Shown one piece after another: positions 1 through 6,953 of a DNA stretch of 14,072 nt (its first letter is position 1; the number at the start of each line of letters is the position of its first letter). The notes under the pieces are model-generated. The model was not told the origin of the DNA and ran no database searches. It worked only from the letters and a program-made list of their open reading frames with translations. The DNA lies in the NCBI GenBank assembly GCA_964388035.1, contig CAYLZE010000068.1, forward strand, positions 13,116 to 27,187, read 5' to 3'. This stretch comes from an uncultured archaeon. GTDB taxonomy: Archaea > Asgardarchaeota > Lokiarchaeia > Sigyniarchaeales > SOKP01. A program made the translations under genes and the position numbers.

Positions 1-217
1 ACCAAAAAATAGTTTACTCTAATAATCAGCCAAATCTAGGCAGTAAGATTTAAATTACCGAACTATATTACTATATTAGAGGTATAATTTATCTTGATTT
101 GATTTTATTAACTAAAAGTATTTATTATTCAAGATAATATTTTACAATATCGTATAAGAATTATTATTTAATTTGTAATAGTCAATCATTTCTAAAAAGA
201 AGAGTCGGGATTTCTTC

Positions 218-802
218 ATGAGCGAACAAAAGTTAGTCCGTTCCATTTGTCCGAAATGCCAACAAACGTTTTCGTTTGAGGTTTCCACTAAATTTTTCCA
301 TGATAATAAAAGCCCTCAAGTTCCTTTTGTTATTCACCATTGCGGGAATACTTTTATCACATACATCGACCATAACTTTAAGGTCCGGAGTATCAATGCA
401 GTATTTTCTTCCTTAGACTTTAACCAGGATGTGGATATAATAAATTGCCTTGATGCCCAACCCTTAAACAAGAAACTATTAGATAAAATGACGCTTGAAG
501 ACAGAACTAGATTCATATGTGAAATAGGGTGTGAAAATGTGGATAAAGAAAGCATTCCTAATGTTTTGGATAAAACCATTGTTTCTATCATCGCAAAAAA
601 GAAAGAAATAACCCTCGCGGAATTAATTTTGAAATTACATCCTTTAGAGAAAGCCTTAAATCGACAGCTTGGCACCGAAACCATTTTGAAAGTGCTACAT
701 AAATATATAGAAAAAGGAATTATTAGTAAGCAAATTATTTCCGCCTATGATGGAGTTCCCGATACTCAATTCTCTAAAATAACAGAACCAGGTGAATTAT
801 AA
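218..802 (+). CDS. Zn-ribbon (CPxC...HHCxxxF(I)xYID.NF.VR) protein with C-terminal winged-helix-like domain; putative regulator
   Basis: 194-aa ORF. N-terminal CPKC...HHCGNTFITYIDHNFKVR is shared with ORF 1558. The C-terminal ITLAELILKL...TETILKVLHKYIEKGIISK resembles a wHTH recognition helix plus wing. Confidence 0.6.
   Translation: MSEQKLVRSICPKCQQTFSFEVSTKFFHDNKSPQVPFVIHHCGNTFITYIDHNFKVRSINAVFSSLDFNQDVDIINCLDAQPLNKKLLDKMTLEDRTRFICEIGCENVDKESIPNVLDKTIVSIIAKKKEITLAELILKLHPLEKALNRQLGTETILKVLHKYIEKGIISKQIISAYDGVPDTQFSKITEPGEL
791..795 (+). promoter_or_regulatory. Archaeal Shine-Dalgarno-like GGTGA for ORF 805, inside the 3' end of ORF 218
   Basis: GGTGA lies 9 nt upstream of ATG 805; the two genes are only 2 nt apart. 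Confidence 0.5.
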
Positions 803-804
803 AA

Positions 805-1293
805 ATGAAATTCTTTAAAAGACATGCAAATATCATCGACAAATCGTTTATAAATAAGGCAATAATAGGATTAGGCTATGGCCTGATAAAAACGAGAGAT
901 TTAATCTTAAATAAGGAATTAGGCATCTCCACTCAGGATGCAATGGATTCCTTGAGCTTGTGGATTGGACGGGAAATAATGAAAGGAATGTTGGAGAAAG
1001 AAGTTGTAAGCGTATCCGATTCCAATGAAACTCTCATTAATTCTCTCATGGATGTGATTAACTTGGCGGAGATGTTGGACATAGAAGTAACTGAAAAGAA
1101 AATAACGACCATCATCCAGAAATGCCTGATTTGTCCCAAACGAGTGGGGGGGTATGATCTGGAAGGAAATACCGCATGTCCCGTGGGAGGAATTTTAATG
1201 GGTGCGATATCTTATGCCCGGGGCATTGATCCTCTCATTTCTAAAAACCGACTTCAAACAGGAGAAATCTGTCATATTGAAATGGAATTATAA
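805..1293 (+). CDS. Stand-alone V4R/HNOB-like small-ligand/metal-binding protein
   Basis: 162 aa. The helix SLWIGREIMK is followed by KCLICPKRVGG...ACPVGGILMGA...ICHIEMEL, the Cys pattern and terminal C-x-hydrophobic strand typical of V4R-like domains. Confidence 0.6.
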   Translation: MKFFKRHANIIDKSFINKAIIGLGYGLIKTRDLILNKELGISTQDAMDSLSLWIGREIMKGMLEKEVVSVSDSNETLINSLMDVINLAEMLDIEVTEKKITTIIQKCLICPKRVGGYDLEGNTACPVGGILMGAISYARGIDPLISKNRLQTGEICHIEMEL

Positions 1294-1301
1294 AGCTCTT
1301 A

Positions 1302-1317
1302 TTTTTTTTTACTTTTT
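1302..1317 (+). terminator. Oligo-T archaeal terminator-like tract
   Basis: T9 plus T5 runs just after the stop of ORF 805. Confidence 0.45.
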
Positions 1318-1557
1318 AAGATATCTAATCTTCATGAGGGCACTAATCTCATGATAAAGGTGTCATTTTAAGCAAGTGATAAAAATTTCTTAATGATGTT
1401 CTAGAACATCTGTTTTTACTTTATTACTTTTTTATGATAAACAATTTATAAAAATCGCATTTAAATCCAAGCAAATTGCTTTTTTAATTTATTAAGCATA
1501 AATATTTATGCAAAAAAGATCACGTAATGCAATAATATTAAAATTAATGAAATAAAA

Positions 1558-2403
1558 ATGAGTGTTCGACTCCGTTGCCCGTATTGCTCCAAGCAAGGTA
1601 AGATCGAGATTTCAGAGGAATCTCATAAAAACATGATTCGGGGAGTATTAACTGTGAACGTTGCTAAGGGAACCATATGTGAACATTCATTTATCGCTTA
1701 TGTCGATAAAAATTATCAAGTCCGAGATTATTTCACGCCCGATTTTCAACTGGAGCTATCGGAAGAATCTCAGAAGGAAGAAATAAAAAAAATAATTCCT
1801 TACAAAGAGAAATTAAACGTCGATTTGATTAAACTCAATTTTCCTCCCGCTCTATTGGCGTATTCCTTGCGATTAATTTTCTTTAAGAAAAACCTGATTT
1901 TAGTATTAAAAGAATCTTTTCTAAAAGATCATTTTCGTGCGTTTTATGAGTTTATCACCCAGCATTCGTTCGAATTTAATTTTACTTTTCTGGATACGAA
2001 TGAATACAAGGAAAGATTCTCAGAATTTAAAGAATGCATGGTTATCAAGGATAATGAACTGTTAGTAAACAACGGGGCAATGGAGAATCAAAACAAGGTT
2101 GATGTGGAAAATGATATGATCCGACCTTTTTTCGATGAAAATGATCCAAACGTGAGCTTAATCTTTCTGGAAAATGAGATGCAAAAAGTATATGAATTTG
2201 CGAAAAAATTACGTGAACTTATCGAGCAAACCGAGAATAAAGATAATTTAACTACCAAGAAAATGGGGAAATTCTTGAAAGTGGAGACTCATGAAAAAAT
2301 TTCCGAGAGATATCTTGATCTTATATTGGATATCGTAGAACATTATTTTGAAACTAAGATTCCTAAAAGATCAAATGTTTCCAACTTGCTAGATATTCTT
2401 TAA
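1558..2403 (+). CDS. Zn-ribbon (CPYC...CEH) domain protein of unknown function, Lokiarchaeia-type
   Basis: 281 aa. CPYC...ICEHSFIAYVDKNYQVRDY gives a C3H metal site, followed by an alpha/beta middle domain and a helical C-terminus. Confidence 0.65.
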   Translation: MSVRLRCPYCSKQGKIEISEESHKNMIRGVLTVNVAKGTICEHSFIAYVDKNYQVRDYFTPDFQLELSEESQKEEIKKIIPYKEKLNVDLIKLNFPPALLAYSLRLIFFKKNLILVLKESFLKDHFRAFYEFITQHSFEFNFTFLDTNEYKERFSEFKECMVIKDNELLVNNGAMENQNKVDVENDMIRPFFDENDPNVSLIFLENEMQKVYEFAKKLRELIEQTENKDNLTTKKMGKFLKVETHEKISERYLDLILDIVEHYFETKIPKRSNVSNLLDIL

Positions 2404-2559
2404 TTTTAATTCCCTCCTGGTTCATGCGAAAATAAGTTAGTAACAATATAATACCATCACGGGAATTTATATCATTTTCCTCAAGGTTGCTTTCAACCTG
2501 GCGTGCCTTTTTACTAAACAAACTGAAGTAATTTAAAGAGTCATGCTTTAATTATAATC

Positions 2560-3759
2560 ATGAAACTTGGAAAAACCAGTCTGAATGGTTTGGCGAAATT
2601 AAGACCAGATTCCGTAAAGCGAAGAAGAGAATCCAGCTACGATCGCACGGGAGATAATTATGATTGGTTGGACGTGAAAGCGGGAGAGAAGGTCATCTTA
2701 GCGGAAGTGGAAGGAGCGGGCATGATCACGCACATCTGGTGTACCATGACATGTCGAGCCAAGCATTATCTTAGGAATATAATCATTCGATTTTATTGGG
2801 ATGGTGAAAGTGAGGATACCCCAAGCGTGGAAGCTCCAATTGGAGATTTTTTCGGAATGGGGCATGCCAAACGAGAGAATTTTGTTTCTTTACCCCTGCA
2901 GATGAGCCCACAGGGAGGGCGCGGATTCAATTGTTGGTGGACCATGCCTTTTTTAAAAGGGTTTAAAATTACCTTGGAAAATGATACTGATACGAAGTAT
3001 AGAATATATTATTATATCGATTATGAATTACATGAGAATGGTCTCGAAAAGGAGGTTGAATATGGCAGGTTTCACGCTCAATGGAGGAGAGAGAATCCCC
3101 CTCTAGTAAAAAACTTGGATGATGTAACCGGAAAAAAGCTTACTCCCTTGCACCCTATTCGATTTAATCTCTTTGGAACCAAAAATACCGAACCTTTAAA
3201 ATATAACTATAGAATATTGGAGGCTCGAGGGAAGGGACACTACGTGGGATGCAATCTCAATATTGATAATCGAACGTTCATGCCCTGGTTTATTAATTGG
3301 CCCGGTGAAGGGGACGATATGATTTTTATTGACGAGGATATTGAAAAAAAAGTCCCTACTCTTTTTGGAACGGGCACCGAAGATTACGTGAATCAAGCAT
3401 TTTGTCCTAGAGAGAGGCAATCAGCGCCTTATCACGGTACGATAAGACCCGGGGGATTTAATTGGCATGGGAAGATTACCTATTATCGCTATCACGTGGA
3501 AGATCCCATCTATTTTAACAAGCAAATCATCGTAAGCATCGAACACGGACACGATAATCATCGAGCAGATGACTTTTCTTCCACGGCGTATTGGTACCAA
3601 AAAGAACCGCACGATCATTCTCTTTATCCCGCTTTACTTCCTCGTGAAAAAAGAATGCCCCTTTCAAGTGTAGCTCATACTATCAGAAAAGCGTCGTGTC
3701 TGGGGGTGATTCTCGTCTTACTAATATGGATTTATCTAATGGTCATTCTCATGATCTAA
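2560..3759 (+). CDS. Glycoside hydrolase family 172 (DUF2961) with C-terminal transmembrane helix
   Basis: Motifs SSYDRTG.N.D, GAGMITHIWCT, YWDGE..PSVEAPIGDFFG, FNCWW.MPF, YYYIDYE, GRFHAQWRR, WPGEGDD, GTGTEDY, YRYHVEDPIYF, IEHGH.N, SSTAYWYQ. Confidence 0.92.
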   Translation: MKLGKTSLNGLAKLRPDSVKRRRESSYDRTGDNYDWLDVKAGEKVILAEVEGAGMITHIWCTMTCRAKHYLRNIIIRFYWDGESEDTPSVEAPIGDFFGMGHAKRENFVSLPLQMSPQGGRGFNCWWTMPFLKGFKITLENDTDTKYRIYYYIDYELHENGLEKEVEYGRFHAQWRRENPPLVKNLDDVTGKKLTPLHPIRFNLFGTKNTEPLKYNYRILEARGKGHYVGCNLNIDNRTFMPWFINWPGEGDDMIFIDEDIEKKVPTLFGTGTEDYVNQAFCPRERQSAPYHGTIRPGGFNWHGKITYYRYHVEDPIYFNKQIIVSIEHGHDNHRADDFSSTAYWYQKEPHDHSLYPALLPREKRMPLSSVAHTIRKASCLGVILVLLIWIYLMVILMI

Positions 3760-3762
3760 TCC

Positions 3763-3771
3763 TTTTTTTTT
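3763..3771 (+). terminator. Oligo-T terminator-like tract
   Basis: T9 starting 4 nt after the GH172 stop. Confidence 0.45.
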
Positions 3772-3849
3772 ATTAATCTTGGAGGAAATCAAGGGATCAG
3801 TTAAGACTCGGTGTTAAAAAATAAAGTATAAAGAGAGGGAGTAAAAATA

Positions 3850-4266
3850 CTATGGATTGCTCTCTAATTTTTTTATTATTTCATCTACCCTCCGCAATAG
3901 ATCATTTCCGGAAAATGGTTTGGTAATATAATAATCCGCACCTAGACGTTTTCCTTTTTGAACGTCTTCATTGAAGCTCCTCACGGTGAACAAGACCACG
4001 TTAATATGCTTGTAACTTTCATTTGTTTTGATTTCTTCCAGAACGTTATATCCCGATTTTCCCGGCATCATGATATCTAATAAAATTAGGGAAATGTCTT
4101 GATATTTTTCTTCCACGATCTTCATGGCTTCTTTTCCATTATTGCATGTGAGTGTATTATATCCTCCCATTTCCAGAAATCTCTTTGTAAGTGTTAAAAT
4201 ATCTGGCTCATCATCGCACACCAAAATGGTGTGCTTTTTTTGAGGGTTCATTTCCATCAAGAGCAA
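3850..4266 (-). CDS. Stand-alone CheY-like response regulator receiver domain
   Basis: ILVCDDE acidic pocket, phospho-acceptor LLDIMMP, conserved T (LFTVR) and K (ITKPFS). The true start may be ATG 4257 or 4251 rather than TTG 4266. Confidence 0.93.
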   Translation of the reverse strand: MLLMEMNPQKKHTILVCDDEPDILTLTKRFLEMGGYNTLTCNNGKEAMKIVEEKYQDISLILLDIMMPGKSGYNVLEEIKTNESYKHINVVLFTVRSFNEDVQKGKRLGADYYITKPFSGNDLLRRVDEIIKKLESNP

Positions 4267-4387
4267 TATGTTATTTTAAATTTAATAATTATACATGTTA
4301 TTTGTCATCTTGAAATATTTAAAAATATTATGTATTAAATAAAGATTTTTATAATTTTAGGTTACACTATTGTGATATATAAGGATC

Positions 4388-5026
4388 ATGTCTAAATTAC
4401 CTCGGTTTCCCGACTCGTATAAAGGAACAGCTGCAAATGATTATGATGCAGAACCATGGATGGAACGAAATCAGAAAAAGACCACACTGAAATTGCTGCA
4501 GTTTTTGAGAGACCCTCATTTGGGCAACTCTAATGAAATTAAAGGAGATTTTTCGAATATCCTTTTAGACTTAGGGTGCGGAACGGGATTTTCCTCGGAA
4601 ATCATGGTAGAACAAGAATTTCGAGTAATTGGCGTGGATATTTTATGGGACATGCTTTCCATCGCCAAAGAAAAATTTGAATTATCTCAATGCATTCATC
4701 TACATTTCATTTTAGCAGATATCAATCATCTTCCAATCAGACCAAAAACAATGGATCATGCCTTATCCATTTCAGCATATAATTTCATTACTCACGCCAT
4801 GAAATCGCAAGATCACGTGAAAATGAGATTAAAAAGCACCGCGAAACACATTCATGAAATATTAAAGGCAAATGGAAGATTGATTATTGAATTTTATCCT
4901 ACAGGAGATACAGATTTAAATCTATTTACGGATTCTTTCATCCGAACTGGTTTTGAGGGATTCAGGATCAAAAAAAATCCCCAACAAAAAGCCGGACAAA
5001 CCTTTCTTTTATTAAAGAAGAAATAA
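4388..5026 (+). CDS. Class I SAM-dependent methyltransferase, Bud23/WBSCR22-like
   Basis: Motif I LLDLGCGTG and GVDI, plus Bud23-like segments P..Y...A..Y, Q...T...L, DHALSISA, LK..G....FYP and GF.G......P..K....L.L. Confidence 0.8.
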   Translation: MSKLPRFPDSYKGTAANDYDAEPWMERNQKKTTLKLLQFLRDPHLGNSNEIKGDFSNILLDLGCGTGFSSEIMVEQEFRVIGVDILWDMLSIAKEKFELSQCIHLHFILADINHLPIRPKTMDHALSISAYNFITHAMKSQDHVKMRLKSTAKHIHEILKANGRLIIEFYPTGDTDLNLFTDSFIRTGFEGFRIKKNPQQKAGQTFLLLKKK

Positions 5027-5137
5027 AAGGTTTTAGAGACATGGATAGCATGTATCGTTTTCAAACTCAAAAATCATGGAAAGGAATCATACCACTTACA
5101 ATAAAGGAAAAATAAATAAAAAAGCATTGAGGATATC

Positions 5138-6274
5138 ATGGGAAGCTGTCAATTTTGCGGGAAAAATGACCCCTTGATTTCAAACGCGCTTCAAGCGTGT
5201 AGAGACTGCATCTTATCCTTGGATTGGTCCAAGATGATAGAACATTTTGAATCTATCCATGTAAAATATCATCATTTTCCTCCCATCTCTCAACCTTCAG
5301 CGACTAATCAATCTTCTGGAATTTCCTACTCTTGTGATTATTGTATCAATCAATGTATAATACATCCCAGAGAAAGCAGTTATTGCGGTCTTAGGAGGTT
5401 AGACCCCCAGGGAAAACCCGCTTTTCCCTTTCCTACGAAAAATATTGGGTACATGCACGGATATTTGGATCCGAATCCCACCAACTGCTGCAATGCTTGG
5501 ATTTGCCCCGCTGGAAGCCAAATAGGGTATCCGATTTATTCTGATCAAAATGGTCCTGAACTTGGGACTTATAATTATGCTGCATTCTTTTATGGGTGCT
5601 CGATGAATTGTCTATTCTGTCAGAACGCTTCCCATAAAACTATTTCAAAACAATACCTGGTTAAAGCGGAAGAGATTGCTATGGAAATAGCATATAATGT
5701 CAAGATAAGTTGTTTATGCTACTTTGGAGGAACTCCCGAACCCCAGCTCCCTTTTTCTATCAATCTGGCTAAACAAATTTTGAATAATATTCAAAAATCG
5801 GGAAAAAATCGAATATTCCGGATTTGTTGGGAGTGGAATGGCACCGGAAAACAGGCACTTGTTGAAAAATGCATGAAGATTGCCTTGAAAACAGGAGGAA
5901 ATATCAAATTTGATTTAAAAAGTTATCATGAGAAGCTGAATATTGCCTTGTGCGGGGTGAGTAATAAAAGAACGCTCGATAATTTTATATACTTAGCAGA
6001 AAAATATTTTGGAACACGAAAAAACGTGCCCGAGATGACCGCTTGCACCCTTTTAGTACCAGGATATGTAAATCACGAGGAAGTCGAGCAAATAGCACGA
6101 TTTGTTGCTTCCATTAACGATGAAATCCCGTATAGCTTGTTAGTGTTTCATCCCGACCATCGAATGAAAGACCTTCCCATCACTCCCAAAGAGGAGGCGC
6201 TTAAATGTCTAGCCACGGCGAAACAGTATTTAAAAAACGTAAATTTGGGAAATCAATTTCTATTACATCTCTAA
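5138..6274 (+). CDS. Radical SAM protein, PflA/AmmeMemoRadiSam-related archaeal type
   Basis: CxxxCxxC (GCSMNCLFCQN), YFGGTPEP, WEWNG, KFDLKS, TLLVPGYV, YSLLVFHP. The N-terminus carries extra Cys clusters (CxxC...CxxC and CxxCxxxC...CG). Confidence 0.88.
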   Translation: MGSCQFCGKNDPLISNALQACRDCILSLDWSKMIEHFESIHVKYHHFPPISQPSATNQSSGISYSCDYCINQCIIHPRESSYCGLRRLDPQGKPAFPFPTKNIGYMHGYLDPNPTNCCNAWICPAGSQIGYPIYSDQNGPELGTYNYAAFFYGCSMNCLFCQNASHKTISKQYLVKAEEIAMEIAYNVKISCLCYFGGTPEPQLPFSINLAKQILNNIQKSGKNRIFRICWEWNGTGKQALVEKCMKIALKTGGNIKFDLKSYHEKLNIALCGVSNKRTLDNFIYLAEKYFGTRKNVPEMTACTLLVPGYVNHEEVEQIARFVASINDEIPYSLLVFHPDHRMKDLPITPKEEALKCLATAKQYLKNVNLGNQFLLHL

Positions 6275-6288
6275 AGTCAAGATTTATA

Positions 6289-6301
6289 TTTTTTATTTTT
6301 T
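6289..6301 (+). terminator. Oligo-T terminator-like tract
   Basis: T6-A-T6 shortly after the radical SAM stop. Confidence 0.4.
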
Positions 6302-6404
6302 ATGAAAGAACTTCACGCAAAAATTTAATTATTAAGCTTCCCTTTACATCTTACTAATTAAAGAGTAATATTAAAAATGCATGGATTATATTAAAACAAG
6401 CATC

Positions 6405-6410
6405 GGTGAG
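6405..6410 (+). promoter_or_regulatory. Shine-Dalgarno-like GGTGAG upstream of uS10
   Basis: GGTGAG ends 5 nt before ATA 6416. Confidence 0.6.
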
Positions 6411-6415
6411 AAACT

Positions 6416-6721
6416 ATACAAAAAGCTAGAATACGATTATCATCGACAGATTTAGAAGCCCTACGATTAGTTTGTGAACAAATTGAAAATGTCACAGCCA
6501 GCCAAGGGATAAAAAAATACGGCCCCATTCCTCTTCCTACCAAGCACTTGCGCGTGCCCGTTCGAAAAGCTCCCTCGGGTCAAGGGACTGATACGTGGGC
6601 AAAGTTTGAAATGCGCATACATAAGAGACTCTTCGAAGTTATCGCAAATGAACGTAGCATGCATCTCATCATGAAAATACAAATTCCAGAGACCGTGCTG
6701 GTCGAAATAGAATTGATGTAA
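6416..6721 (+). CDS. rpsJ: 30S ribosomal protein uS10 (archaeal S10p), probable ATA start; missed by the ORF track
   Basis: Manual translation: (I/M)QKARIRLSSTDLEALRLVCEQIENVTASQGIKKYGPIPLPTKHLRVPVRKAPSGQGTDTWAKFEMRIHKRLFEVIANERSMHLIMKIQIPETVLVEIELM*, 101 aa. Carries the S10 signatures GPIPLPTK, RKxPxGxG and FEMRIHKRL. Confidence 0.95.
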   Translation: MQKARIRLSSTDLEALRLVCEQIENVTASQGIKKYGPIPLPTKHLRVPVRKAPSGQGTDTWAKFEMRIHKRLFEVIANERSMHLIMKIQIPETVLVEIELM

Positions 6722-6953
6722 AACCTTTTCATCATTTATATTTTCTTCATGACTTTAAAATCTCATGTTTTAATTCTTCCATGAGAAGATTGTGTTAATT
6801 TCCTCCCTCATAGTATTGAAATAAATGGGAGAAAATTATGGTTCTCACTTCTAATTCTTTAACCTCTTAGAAAAACTCTTCATGAATTACTTTATATCAG
6901 ATATTTTCTTATATTTTAAATGTACAATAGCCGATTAGAGAAGTGAGGATGCC

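Noticed and set aside
62-137. ACTATATT x2 direct repeat and TTATCTTGA/TCAAGATAA inverted repeat
   Set aside because: Short, in extremely AT-rich DNA, and compatible with chance; the upstream context is cut off.
6467-6682. 71-aa minus-strand ORF
   Set aside because: Antisense shadow of uS10.
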